A DNA stretch of 64,000 nucleotides from Octopus vulgaris (Eukaryota), in contig OX597823.1 of NCBI GenBank assembly GCA_951406725.2, positions 59,334,001 through 59,398,000 of the forward strand, in the 5' to 3' direction. The position numbers and the translations under genes were made by a program. Below, in pieces: positions 26,530 through 40,358 of the stretch (position 1 is the stretch's first letter; the number at the start of each line of letters is the position of its first letter). A model generated the notes under the pieces. It was not told where the DNA came from. It saw only the letters and a program-made list of their open reading frames with translations, and did not search any database.

Positions 26530-26842
26530 GCCAGTGGCATGTAAAAAGCACCATTCAAGCATGATTGTTGCCAGTGCCGCTGGACTGGCTCATGTGCAGG
26601 TAGCACTTAAAAAACACTTTTTGAATGTTGTCGTTGCCAGAATTGCGTAACTGGCCCATGCGCCGGTGGCACGTAAAAGCACCCACTACACTCTAGGAGT
26701 CATTGGCGTTAGGAAGGGCATCAGGCTGTAGAAACTTTGGCAGATCAGATTGGAGCCTGGTGCAGCCTTCTGGCTCACCAGTCCTCAGACAAACCCATGC
26801 CAGCATAGAAAGCCAACATTAAACAATGATGATGATGATGAT
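26530..26842 (+). mobile_element. SINE family C with three internal ggcacgtaaaaagcac units
   Basis: Core ttggcgttaggaagggcatc and (GAT)n tail. Confidence 0.85.
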
Positions 26843-26895
26843 ATATTATACACACATATATACATACATATATATACATATATATATATATATAC

Positions 26896-26938
<43 letters not shown>

Positions 26939-28263
26939 AAATATATATATATACATATAAATATATGTATATATATATATATATATACATATCTCACATC
27001 CATATGTGTGCGTGCATGCGTGTGTGTGTCTGTATGCTTGTGCGTGTGTGTGTGTGTGAGTGTTATCTTTAAATTTTACATTCTTTGGTAGTCATAATTT
27101 AACAGCTCATTATTCAATAGAAATTGTTTTTCTATATTTGTTTCTTTCTTTTGTCTCTCTTTTTTGTTTAAATATTGTCTTGCATAATTTTCTTAGTAAG
27201 AGTCTGTTAACATATTATCATGGACTGTGATCATAATAGTTAAATGAGAAAATGTTCATATCTCCAAATTGATTTCAAGTGGTTAATTATGATTTAAGTT
27301 GGGTGATAAAGATAATTAAATGCAATTACAAAATTGGATTACATAATTTCAACACGGTGAATAATAAGATGCAAAGCTGAATGAATCGATGAATATACAA
27401 ATGAATGTAAACATTTTTTAGTGTCTTAATATTGTTTTAAATCTTAAAGATGTGACAGTAACATTATACTCATTGTAATTATATTTGAAATAAGCTGATT
27501 TTGTAAAGAGATCCATTCAGTGGATAACAATTAACTAGCTTTCCATTAATTATCATGATGAGTGCTCCAGTTGATCTGATCAACAGAACAGCCTGCTTGT
27601 GAAATTAACATGCAAGTGGCTGAGTACTCCACAGATACGTGAAAACTCTTAATCATGTAACATTTACACTGGCCATATCCAGCCAAAATAAATCTATCTG
27701 CTGTAAATCCTCAAGTATAAGACAATGGGTCCCGTAGCTCAGTGGATTATCTTGTGAAGACCAGCTGAATGCAGTGCTTTACTTGTAAGTAAGTAAGTAA
27801 GTAAGGGTTGCTACAAGTAAAGATAAATGGCCACAAACATATTGTCTCAAGAAGACTCGTCCAACCCATGCTAGCATGGAAAAGCAGGTATAGAAATGAT
27901 GGCCAATAACAACAACAATGATAACTACAACGACGATGACAACGGTGATGATGACGATGATGACGACGACGATGACAACAATGATGATGATGAAGAAGAA
28001 GAGAAGGAGGAGGAGGAGGAATATGAGGAGGATGGTGATGGTGGTGAAGTTGTTCAAATAATATCAGAGAGAGTAAAAGAGACAGAACAATAAAAGGAGA
28101 GAAAATGGGGAAAAAAGAGAGGAGGGAGGAGAGAAAAAGAGAGATAGAGAAGGAAAGAAAGAGAAAGGAGAAGTGTTAAAATTAGAAATAGATGCAGGCA
28201 TGGCTGTGTGGTTAAGAAGCTTGCTTCCCAATCATCTGATCACCCTTACCCGTCTTGTTGCTT

Positions 28264-28271
28264 AACAACAA

Positions 28272-28361
<90 letters not shown>

Positions 28362-28404
28362 CAGCAGCAGTTGCAGCAGCAGCAGTAGTAGTAGTAGTAG
28401 TAGT
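28264..28404. repeat. Compound (CAA)(CAG)(TAG) triplet array
   Basis: Direct reading. Confidence 0.95.
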
Positions 28405-28650
28405 GTGAGGGCATGTGCTGTAACAGTTCATCACTGCATCCTCTATCTGTTGGTGATTCCCTACTCCTGGTGAATGACACCTTTGCACCACTCAGACAAC
28501 AACCCTCCAACCCATGGGTCTGCTTGGGTAGTCAATACTAGTGAGGGTTTTATGAGGTCAAAGTGCAAATCCTACCTCAACCTCTTTTAGTTGCTTTTAC
28601 AACACACATGCCTATTCTCTGACATGCTGGTCACCACACAGTATGGAAGA
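28405..28650. mobile_element. Dispersed repeat, second copy at ~51395-51640
   Basis: Shared tttgcaccactcag.caaca...catgggt.tg.ttgggtagtca...agtgcaaatcctac.tcaacctcttttag. Confidence 0.75.
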
Positions 28651-31031
28651 AAAAACACGTAAATATTTCACCAATGCCAGATGCAAAAATAAAACCAGCA
28701 GTAAATTTGCAAAGGGCTTAGAGTTCTAAATGACAACAGTCAGAATTTTATTAATCAACTCCACACTGGACTTGGCCGAAGCAAAGATGCCAAAGTGAAA
28801 TAGATGACATATTATAGAATCTTATTTCTGTAACTGCATGTGGTAAAACTCCAAACCAGGAGTCACCTGCTGATTTGTCTGTTATTGGATTTCTCCTTTT
28901 TTTTCCCCCCCATTTTTCTTTTTGTTGTTTTCAGATACAATAGAAAAGAAAGCTGAAAATGAATGTATAAAAAAAAAATGAAAAAACATTTGATACAAAC
29001 ACAATAATGGTAATCAGATTCCAATATATGTTCCAGGCATGTAAGATGTCTAATAATTAGATGTGATACGTTAAAGTGCACAAGTTTCACTGGATTGGAT
29101 ATAGTTTCCATTGTTTGTTTTTACTTTGCACTTGTATGTATTCAGTAAGTATGATTTCTGAATTTTCATTATTCTTGTCTTAACCCATATTCAATTTTCT
29201 GTCACTTCCAATCTTCTTAATGTTTTCTTAACTGTCTTATGACAAGTTTTCATGAAATTATCATCTTTCCTCTAGTTTCTATGCAAAACCAATTTGATAT
29301 ATTTATCATAAGGTCATTTTATCTGTTATCAGCATGACATGTGTATATCACCAATTGTTTCTCTTCTATAAACCTGCATTTGAAGCCTTTAATTCCAGTT
29401 TGTCATTTTCAGATCAACCTGATAATGTCAATCACTTAGAATAATATCTTATAATCAATGATAAGGGTACATAATATTCCAGTCACATCCTTTATAAATC
29501 TTAATTTTATGACTATCATGAATATGGTGTAGCACTGCCTACATGTGAGGATTTATTTATTTATGTTCTAGTTTTATTATTAGGATATTGCATAGTGGAA
29601 TATTACATAGAGATCCATAGAATAGTCACTGGAAACAGCTGAGTTATCACTTTGTTCAACAGTAGTCATCATCATCATCATCATCATCGTTTAACGTCCG
29701 CTTTCCATGCTGCACCAGGCCCAGTCTGATCTGGCAGTGTTTCTACAGTGTTTCTGATCTGGCAGTGTTTCTAGTATGTGTGCAAAGCATTAGATTGCCA
29801 GAATTGAGCAAAATACCTTGTGGTATTTGTTCTGGCTCTTAATGTTTTGTGTTCAAATCCCACCGAGGCCAGCCTTTCCTTTTGTCCTTTCAAATTTTTA
29901 AAATAATGTACCAGACCAGATAATTGGGTTGGCAGAATTGTCAAATAATCAAACATGAGACCTTATTGCATTTGTTCCACCTTTTAACATATTGACTTCC
30001 TGAATGGTTGACTTAGCCTATCATCCAGTTTAACAGTATACCTGGACCTTGTAACCCTTTCACAGAGTTCACATAGTTGGAAGCATTTAGGTCAGGTCTC
30101 TAGTTTGAGAATAACTCCCTGTCTCCCCCCCACCACCACCACTAGTCTTAAGGCCTCCGAAAAATTAAAGATTCACAGGTGTTAAGTACACACTGGATAA
30201 TGATGTGCTGGACAAACAAATATCTAGCCAGCTCAAGATTACAGCATCTTTGGTGATAGGTTTGCTCAAACAGGCTTGCCCTGGGGCTAAAAAGTAACAA
30301 CGACAGTATACACAGGAAAATCAGCTGAATTCTGTAATTGTTATATGATGATTAAAAAGCTCATTTGTCAGTCATTGATGAAAATTTTTATCATTAGTGA
30401 ATAATTAGTAGAGGCAAATGTTGTTTAATGATATTGTAGCTCTAATGAGTAGAGGCATGGTTATCATCATCATCATCTTCATTATCATTGTAGTTTAACA
30501 TTCGCTTTCCATGCTGGCATGGAACTGGCCAGCCAAGAGGCTGCACAAGCCTCCAATCTGATCTGGCATGGTTTCTGCAGCTGGATGCCCTTCCTATATA
30601 TGATGGACTTCCTTACAATTTACAGCTACTAAATTTCTCGAAGTATTGTTTGCCTGAATCCATAGAAGAAGATATCTGCTCAAGGTAACACTAGAGAGGG
30701 ATCAAAGCCATTGTGCTTCAACTTGAACTCAAACCCTTTTGATTGTGAAGGAAACTTCTCAAGCAGGGGGCTATTCCTGTAAATAAGAATAAAAGTTCTT
30801 TCCAGTTTAGGAATCCTAAATGCAATCAAAACCGTCTCTCCTTTTTACTGCATATTTTAACATAAACTTTCCTTTACTACATCATGTGTGTGTGTGTGTG
30901 TATGCATATATATATATGTATATGGGTGTGTGTGCATGTATGAGTATATATACATGTGTATATGTGTGTATGCATGTATTAACATATATGTATGTGCATG
31001 TATATATGTGTGTGTAGATATATATGTTGAT

Positions 31032-31062
<31 letters not shown>

Positions 31063-31352
31063 GGTGTGTGTGCTCGTGTGTATACATGCATGTGCATGCA
31101 TGTGCTTACATGGGGATGTTTGCCTTTGCCTTTTCTTGGCATCATATTTAAAATTCTAAATGTATGTCTCCCTCTTTTGGGGTAATATGACTCTGTTCAG
31201 AAACACGAGAGAGTTGACAACAGGGTAGGCCTCAGGTTATTGGACATTTGCCTCAATAAATTCTACCAGATCAATGCTAGCACAGAAAAGTGAATACGGA
31301 AATGATAATGAAGAGGATGATATTACATGGTACTGATGTCGATAAATGTATA

Positions 31353-31582
31353 TTAACCCTTTTGATACCAACCCGGTTGAAACCACCTCTGGCTCTGTAG
31401 TACAAATGTCTTGTTGTCATAAATTTTGAATTAAAATCTCCCACTAAACCTTAGTCAAATTTTCCATTCCTAACACTAGCTTAATGATAACTAAGTTATT
31501 TTACTAAATTCTTTGTTATGTTTCAATTTATTTGAAAGAAACAGAGAGCATCTCAAAATAAATATGGTAACAAAAGAGTTAA
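31353..31582 (-). mobile_element. TTAA/piggyBac-like MITE (family D, ~230 bp)
   Basis: ttaa|cccttttgatacc ... ggtaacaaaagag|ttaa. Confidence 0.85.
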
Positions 31583-31765
31583 CAAACATTTCTTGATACA
31601 GAACTCCATATCAGGAGTACAATGGATCGTATGAAATGTGTTGACGAAAACCTCAAGTTTCAATTGTCAAGAGGCTTACTGATGTACATTTGCTGGATTC
31701 ATTCCTTTATGAATTTTATTATGGTCAACACTGCTTGTCAACCCACAGTTGGATTCATAATGACT

Positions 31766-32456
<691 letters not shown>

Positions 32457-33090
32457 GAGATGATAACAGGAATATATTCATTGACTACAGACACTCTCCT
32501 TGAAAACTTGCCTCTATTATATTTAGTCAAAAGAAATCAATTTGTATAAGAGAACTTTATAATTTTAGTGCACTGTTATTTCTCTCATTATGAATTTTCT
32601 GAAGTAATTTTTCATACACCACTTCAGTTAACTTCAGATATGATTCAGTCAGCAACAACTTAGGACATAACTAACAATCTAATAGCAAAAACCTCCATGT
32701 AATGCACTTTGAACAGAAGCAATGGATATAAATTCATCTGAAAATTATTTACTATATAATCAAAATTGAACAGGACTATACGAAACAGAGATGAATTTAA
32801 ATCTAAATTTATAATTGATATCATATTAGAGTTACAGTGTGTAACACGCATAAGCCCATTAAAAGCAAAACGGGAGTGTGGTAGATAATAATGTTAATGG
32901 TGCTTACAAACGACATTTTGTCCAATGAATGTTAAGTGATTAAATATATACATAAATAAATAAATTGAATGTTTATTTTTGCTAAAATTCTATGTTATTG
33001 TAGATGCTGGTGACATTGATTTAACTATGGCATATGATATGGAGGGGATGTGAGAAATTATTATTGAATGTAAGAAATATTATGCAATAA

Positions 33091-33660
33091 GTGCAGGCAT
33101 GCCTGTGTGGCAAGGAGATTGCATCCCGACCACATGGTCCCGGGTTCAGTCCCACTGCATGGAACATTGGGCATGTGTCTTCTACTATCGCCTTGGGCCA
33201 ACCAAAGCCTTGTGAGTGGATGTGGTTGACGAAACCTGAAAGAAGTCCATCTTACACACACACACACACACGCATATATATAAGTTAATTAGGGGATATA
33301 TTAATCTCATAAAGGGACGATTACATCCAAGAAAGCACTGGTTTTATACCTTATATCTTTAGGAAACAAAATTTCCCTAAATCAATAGGTATGTATTAAG
33401 CATATAATCCGTATTGGATTAAGGAAATGGAGAGTTACTTGTTGATAATTATTTATTAAATAATTATTAACCACTAACTTTCCATTTCCTTCTCTTAATT
33501 TAAATATGGATTATGTGTGTGTATGTGTGTGTGTGAGTGTGTGTGTGTAAGTATGTATGTATGTATTATTTATGTGTGCATGTCTGTGTTATTCGGCCCC
33601 TCCCCCCACCATCGCTTGACAACCAATGTTTGTGTGTTTATGTCTTAGTAACTTAGTAGA
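33091..33660 (+). mobile_element. SINE family A with a palindromic insertion in its internal microsatellite
   Basis: Head 33091-33250, partial tail to ~33660, insert 33280-33517. Confidence 0.75.
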
Positions 33661-33684
33661 ATTAAAGAATAATAAAATGAACAC

Positions 33685-34015
33685 CACTGTGGATCCTTGC
33701 AACTTCCACCCACTGTCATGCCATCATAGTGCTGGCTGCCTTCCATGCCATACCACACTTAACAAGATCATAAAGCAAAGCCTAGATACTGCAGGCTTCT
33801 CTTCCCAGCTTAAGCCAGTGGAGCTAGACTGAGGGGATGGTAAAAGGCCAGACTGTAGGACAATTTCCCTGTTCCCTGGCAAAAGGCCACACAACCTCCA
33901 TCTGAGATGTCACATGCTGTGAGATCTTCTCTAGTGGCAACTTAGTGTTGTCAGTTACCAGCTCACTCTCCAACGCTCATCAGGCTGAGAAAAGCAAGCC
34001 GTCAAGATATTAGTC
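33685..34015 (+). pseudogene. CRE-like non-LTR retrotransposon remnant (zinc knuckle plus restriction-like endonuclease)
   Basis: HPLSCHHSAGCLPCHTTLNKIIKQSLDTAGFSSQLKPVELD*GDGKRPD fits the CRE-type HxxSC..G..RH..LN..I...L..A....EP.GL...DGKRPD pattern. Confidence 0.75.
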
Positions 34016-34099
34016 ACCCTCTGACTAATAGCCCACTACAGCTACATGGGATGGTGTACATGCAGTTTTTGGTCATATTCTTTTCTGTTTTACCCAAAG

Positions 34100-34450
34100 G
34101 GGAATATGACCAAAACTGCATGTACTCCATCCCATGCAGCTGTGGTGGGCAATACAAAGGCAAAACATTGCCACCCACTCAAAATAAGGGTAGAGGAACA
34201 TCGCAAAGCTGTGACACAAGGAGATATTGATAAATTGGGTATATATGATCATGTATGGAAAAATGGAGACCACTTCCCCCTGTGGGATGAAGTTAAAATA
34301 ATAGAGGGAGAACACCACTGGAAAATACGAAAACTAAAAGAAGCAGCACATATGCTAGGACACAACAACCTCCTAAGCAGAATGAGTGCAGATATGAGCA
34401 GCATATGGGAACCGGTATTAAGGAAGGATAGAAGAATATTAGATTTATAA
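34100..34450 (+). pseudogene. Penelope-like GIY-YIG endonuclease remnant
   Basis: NCMYSIPCSCGGQYKGKT (from 34114), then a +1 frameshift into CHPLKIRVEEHRKAV...DHVWKNGDHFPLWDEVKII..EHHWKIRKLKEAAHM...LS. Confidence 0.88.
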
Positions 34451-34479
34451 GCCCTAAAATTCACTCCATAATTGCCCAT

Positions 34480-34552
34480 GTGCATATGGCGTAGTGGTTA
34501 ACACCACAGGCTACTAACCCCAAGATTCCAAGTTTGATTCCAGGCAGTGACC
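34480..34552 (+). promoter_or_regulatory. tRNA-like segment (A/B boxes) inside the PLE 3' region
   Basis: A-box tggcgtagtgg, anticodon-like loop ctactaa, B-box gtttgattcc, ~73 nt. Acceptor stem is poor, so not a functional tRNA. Second copy at 52661-52732. Confidence 0.7.
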
Positions 34553-34620
34553 TGAATAATAATAATAATAAAATCGAAAAATGCCTTAGGAATGAGAACC
34601 CAGGTTCAAAATTTTCCCAA

Positions 34621-34666
34621 GATACCTAATGAAGGCTGGAGGGTATATCAGCCGAAACATTGTGTT
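34621..34666 (+). ncRNA. Minimal hammerhead motif (core G5A variant)
   Basis: gatac-CTaATGA-a-GGCTG gagggtatat CAGCC-GAAA-caTT-gtgtt. Confidence 0.7.
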
Positions 34667-37145
34667 AACAACAAACAATATGAAGACAAATATCCGTCAA
34701 ATATAAATAATATAAATAATGTATATAATTCCTCATCTCTTTAAATATAGAACACGTTGTACTACACTTTAATAGTTTTCCTCTGAAGCAGCTGGAGATA
34801 CGATAGTTTGACCAAAAGAACTAGCTATTGCAAGGAAAATAAAATATTCATTTCTAATCAAGGCACAAAGCCAGAAATTTTTAGGGGAGGGTGCTAGTCG
34901 ATTAGATCGACCCCAGTATGCAACCAGTACTTAATTTATTGACCCTGAAAAGATGAAAGGCAAAGTCGATCTCAGCGGAATTTGAACTCAGAATGTAAAG
35001 ACAGATGAAATAACACCAAGCATTTTGCCCAGCGTGCTAACATTTCTGCCAGCTCACCGCCTTAAGAAAAATTAAATATTAAACAACAAATGCATTTGGT
35101 CAAACCTAGACATAAGACTGTTTAACATAACAGCAACAAATTCAAAACTGGTTCATTTAGAAATTTAAACTTCAAAGCACTACATTATAAGAGAATTAGT
35201 CTTGTTCTTATGATGTGCTTTCATCTTCCCTTATTGTACAATAATATCATGACAAAATAAATAACTGGGCTCTATAGGGTTAAGAATTAAATAAAATTAA
35301 CCATCTATGATGGAGTATAATATAAAGATAAATTACATATATGTGTGTGTGTGTGAGTGTGCGCGTGTCTTTATTAATAGTGAAGGAGATTATATATGTT
35401 TGATCTAACTTTTTTGTTTCCATTTTGAATTTGTTATTAAAATAGAAGATACTTTTGAATATATCTCAATTTAATTGTTTCCTTCTTAAAGTGAAGTGAA
35501 AATTTTAGTATAAGAAAAACGTGAAGGACCTTTTCTTTAAGAATGGCATTCAATGTTTATTGTTATATCAATTCCAAAACACTTATATATAATTTGCTAT
35601 ATTTTAGCTTAAACTTTGTTTTATTTATTTAATTTTTTTTTCTGTAATATATATCATACTCTAATGATGAAAGATAATAGCCTCTCAACTGTATTTAAAG
35701 ATAAATCCTCAAATCCTATAAAATTACACCATATGAGAATGTTTCCCTACTTGTGATGTCAAGTGTAGACACTGCAGTGTCTGATATGACTTGAAGAATC
35801 TCTTGTTATTCTAATTTGTCAAACTAGTAAAAGTTGGCAATTATCTCTGAGTTGTTGATAGTTGATTGTGCTTTCAGAATCATTTCAAATATAGATTGAT
35901 GTAAGTTAGATTAGTGTGACTGTAATTCAGATTATAACATTTGGGAGTTACTTTGGTACTCAGGATATTAGTAGGCAGTGATACAATCCAAAGATAGTTG
36001 ATTGTAGATAAATTTCTCTGAGAAATGCAATTACGCGTACTGCATTGATCTTGTGTGAGAAGAAATTTATGGGCTTTTCTGATCAGAGCTACTTCACAAT
36101 GTTTGATGTAATGAGATTTATAATTGCTGATATGAGACAAAGATTAGCTGTGATAAATTAAAAGCAGATTTGCAGAAGTCAATACCTAAATCTTTTATAT
36201 ATTGGTACTTCACTTAATGTATTTCAACTGCTATTTACTGCAAACTATTAGTTGCCAATATTAACTGTTCCCTTTCAATAGAATTTCTTGAAGCATATAA
36301 TTTAGAAGATTATTCTGTTAAACAAACTCACTAACAAAACAACTCATTACTAGTGAGTTAATACTAATGTCGGAGCTTCTTAACTTTCAGATGTAATAAC
36401 GATATCTTCCAGTTTGTAAATTACAATCATGACTTTGTATTCTGATAGTTTAAGCATGTGAATTAAGATAATTATTACATTCAATATTATCCTGGGGATG
36501 AAATTTAATTGGGTAACCACTGGCCAGTAGATTTCTCAGATCTTGAGCAGGTTTGTTCTGTTGTTCTATTCAATCCTTAAATTAATCAATATTTATATAT
36601 CTCACGTACGTATGTTTGCAGAGGTGGAACAAATCCACCTCTGACATTAATTTCAAGAACACAATAACTGGGAGCTTAAGGTGCTAAACCGCTGGTTATA
36701 TGATTATGAGTTCTAAACTCGTTAATAGTACACATCTCTGGTTGACATCAGAAATCAAATAATAAAACAACTTTCCAGAGAAACTAGTATTGATTCTATA
36801 CCAGAAGTTTTTTTGTAAAGTTTGCAGATTTCTATAAATTCATACGCTACAGAAAGACGAGCGCAGTAATGATTCAAGAAAAGATGACTCATTTTTAAAG
36901 TTTATGATTGTATCGAGTGTTTGCAGTGTGTATCCCAGTTTTAGAATAGATGTACTGTATTGCTGCATGTCATAAGAGACAACTAAAAAAGTTGGCACAT
37001 GGGAGGGATTCGATCATAAAATTCTGCATCAGAGAAACTGTTTAAACCATACCAGAATGGAAAAGCAGATGTGAAACGTTGAAGATGATGATGGTGAGTG
37101 GTGATACTGAGCATACAGATTTCTGTGTATATAAAATCATATGAT

Positions 37146-37450
37146 AGAGGTACAATGGCCCAGTGGTTAGGGCAGCGGACTCACGGTCGGAGGATCGCAG
37201 TTTCGATTCTCAGACTGGGTGTTGTGTGTGTTTATTGTGTGAAAACACCTAAAGCTCCACAAGGCTCCGGCAGGGGATGGTGGCAACCCCTGTTGTACTC
37301 TCTCACCCCAACTTTCTCTCACTCTTTCTTCCTGTTTCTTGAGTAACGCTGCGATGGATTGGCGTCCCGTCCAGCTGGGGGGAACACATACGCCATAGAA
37401 ACTGGGAAATCAAGCTCATGAGCCTGGCTAGGCTTGAAAAGAGCGCATAA
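37146..37450 (+). mobile_element. tRNA-derived SINE
   Basis: A-box tggcccagtgg, B-box gtttcgattc. The 3' part gctgcgatgga.tggcgtcccgtccagctgggg...gagcctggctaggctt is shared with 46519. Confidence 0.85.
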
Positions 37451-38356
37451 ATAAAAAAAATTAAAAAATCATATGCTCAGTACTAAAGTAAACATTTAAA
37501 AAATGTTCCCCCTTCTTCTTTCTGTTACTCTTCTTCCCTCTCTCTCTCTCTCCCTCTATCTCTCTTTCTTTGATGAAGAACTTCACTCAAAATGTCGATG
37601 CTCATGTCACCCCATGGCATACAAACTGAACTTAACATTTGATATGTAAAAGTTTCTTTTCCCTGCATTACAATCACAGAGTGAGAAATTGGTCATAAAC
37701 TTAGGGTTGCAAGCATTCTGACCATGAGAAATTTTGGTACCCTTACAAAAGAATTAACAGCAAAGTCAACCTCAGTGGAATTTGAATTTACTACATAAAG
37801 ATGGACAAAATGCCACTAAGTGTTTTGCTCAGCATGCCAATGATTCTACCAGTTCACCGCCTTCAGGTACAGTAAAATATTGCTATCACTATGTGAAAGA
37901 AATAAGCTTCAAAGATACTTTCAAGAGTAAGCTAGTAACCACTGGATTGATTTATTTTTGGTTCTATAGAAACTATAATGGTGGTCAGCAGAGGAGTACT
38001 AATTTGATGAAGATGGTTGTAAAGGGAAGTAAGCTGCTTGTAAGCTATATATTTCCACCTAGGTGAACTGAGCCAATAGAAAGAAAGTGACTAAGGCATA
38101 AATATAGAATGATGAGACATGGACAGATGACATTCTATTTATTCAGTCAGTTCCAGTATAATTATCTTTCATTGTCCAAGGAAATACTTAATGAGGAAGG
38201 GATGTTTAAAAGGAGTGAAACCCTTTTAAATGATTATCTTCCAGGTAGTTTTTCATTAAAGCCATTTTAACTGTTCAAGCATTATTTTTTACAGTTAGAG
38301 ATGACACTTTATCAAAGTGCGGAGACATATTTTTCTAATGAACATCACAGTATAGT

Positions 38357-38825
38357 AGGTTGATGAGCTGGCAAAATCGTTAGCATGCTGGGCAAAATGC
38401 TTAGCAGTATTTGGCTGCCGTTACATTCAGAGTTCAAATTCCACTAAGGTCGACTTTGCCTTTCATCCTTTCAGGGTCGATTAAATAAGTATCTATTTCT
38501 GTACTACCCACAAGGGGCTAAACACAGAGAAGACAAACAAGGACAGACAAAGTCGATTATATCGACCCCAGTGTTTCACTGGTACTTAATTTATCGACCC
38601 CAAAAGGATGAAAAGCAAAGTCGACCTTGGTGGAATTTGAACTCACAACGTAGCGGCAGATGAAATACCGCTAAGCATTTTGCCCCGTGTGCTAACGATT
38701 CTGCCAGCTCGCTGCCTTAAATAAGTACCAGTTACACACTGGGGTTGATGTAATCGACTTAATCCCTTTGTCTGTCCTTGTTGTCCCCTCTATGTTTAGC
38801 CCCCTGTGGACAATAATGAAATAAA
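38357..38825 (+). mobile_element. SINE B containing an inverted SINE B (38492-38716)
   Basis: 11-bp TSD ttaaataagta at 38481-38491 and 38717-38727. Confidence 0.9.
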
Positions 38826-40047
38826 TATACTAAGAGTAGCTTCTAACTTGATGTAGGTTCAAATTCTCACAAAATCAATACAATTTGCATTGTTATTCTA
38901 GTTTCTATTTAACCCCAGGTCAGAAATACTTGAGCAGGTCTGTAATCAAAGTCATTTCTAGCAATGATCACTTGATCTTTTTCCTTGGATTTTTGCTTCA
39001 CTAAAATAATAGGTTGAAGAAAAGCTTTGCTGCTATGACACTGGGGAACTCATGAACATCACAATATCCTGTTCATTCCCAAAGTTTATTGAAAGTTCAT
39101 GCCTAAACGAAAGAAATCAATATATTTCTCCAATAAACGAAGATCCAATATTTTTTCATTGTCTTGACCATATAAGGAAATTTGAATTTTTTTTATGACT
39201 TATGACTAACATTTCCTATTATGAAAACAAAGAAAATAATGAATGTCTTGAAAAAGTACTTAGTAATTGAAAACGAATATGTCAGTTGTAAGTGTGCATT
39301 TTTTGATTAAATTGTATATGCAAATACTTAATTATATGTATTTAGGACCAAACAGAGGAAATTATATAATAATATAACAAAAATATCAATTTTTTTTCAG
39401 ACAATATCAATTTTTTTTGTCTGAAAAATTAATACTGTCTACACCAAAGAATATTGAATTTGATTTTCAATAATTGAATTTATTAAATACTAAATGAAAA
39501 GTAGAATATATTAATAATTTTGTTTTCTTTTTTTTAAAAAAAAAACTGTATTTAACTTTATTATTATTTTTGTCTGTTGCTAGGTTTTCATTGTTATAAA
39601 TTTACATTAGTTTGATGTGAAATAGTGAAATAGTTCGCTTGTTTTTTTAATGTTTTTAATTTAATAGCTTTAACTGTTTTGACATTTGTGAATGTCTTGA
39701 TTTAGTTTTTTTTACAAATAAAACATCTTGTAAAAATAAGAACAATATTTTTTTTTTTATAAAAAACAATATTTGCATTTGCAGATCATATTCACACAAA
39801 TTCACCTTTATCGTTCATAATAAACAAAGTGCATCTCTCTCTCTCTCTACAAAACAATAAGAGAGCTTCTGTATATATAATTACTCAACCTGCTAGAAAT
39901 AGCAGCTAAATCTTCTTCAATTTGCAATCTACTATCCTAAGAAGAAAAAGAAAACATTGGCTAGTGTAGTCCTATATTTACAAACAGATCAGTTAATTAT
40001 AATTTGAACACATCCAATCATGTATCTGAAATTAAACAAGAACAACA

Positions 40048-40084
<37 letters not shown>

Positions 40085-40318
40085 TAACCTCGCCTTCGCC
40101 ATCGTCATCATCATCATCATCACTGTTTTAATATTCACTTTTCCATGCTTGCATGAATTAGACTGAGTTCATTGAGGTTGGTTTTCTAAAGTGATCCCCT
40201 GATCCTGCTTATAGCTATTATGTTGTGGAATAGATCCCCTGTAAAGGCATCGGAGTCTAGGTTTGAATTTTTTGAGCACTACTAAGTGTCTTGTCTTATG
40301 TACTTAGAATCATCTGTG

Positions 40319-40353
<35 letters not shown>

Positions 40354-40358
<5 letters not shown>

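Noticed and set aside
27779-28510. Acidic, poly-Ser and poly-Val ORFs
   Set aside because: Triplet microsatellites grown from SINE tails; no splice or domain support.
34480-34552. Functional tRNA gene (also 52661, 37146, 46519, 61420)
   Set aside because: Acceptor and T stems pair poorly and no terminator follows; these are repeat-embedded tRNA-derived segments.
36136-36205. miR-2-like sequence tatcacagctaatctttg on the minus strand
   Set aside because: The putative 5' arm pairs poorly; no convincing precursor hairpin.
36619-36643. 10-bp stem-loop cagaggtgga-acaaa-tccacctctg
   Set aside because: Isolated and short, with no associated element ends; function not supportable.
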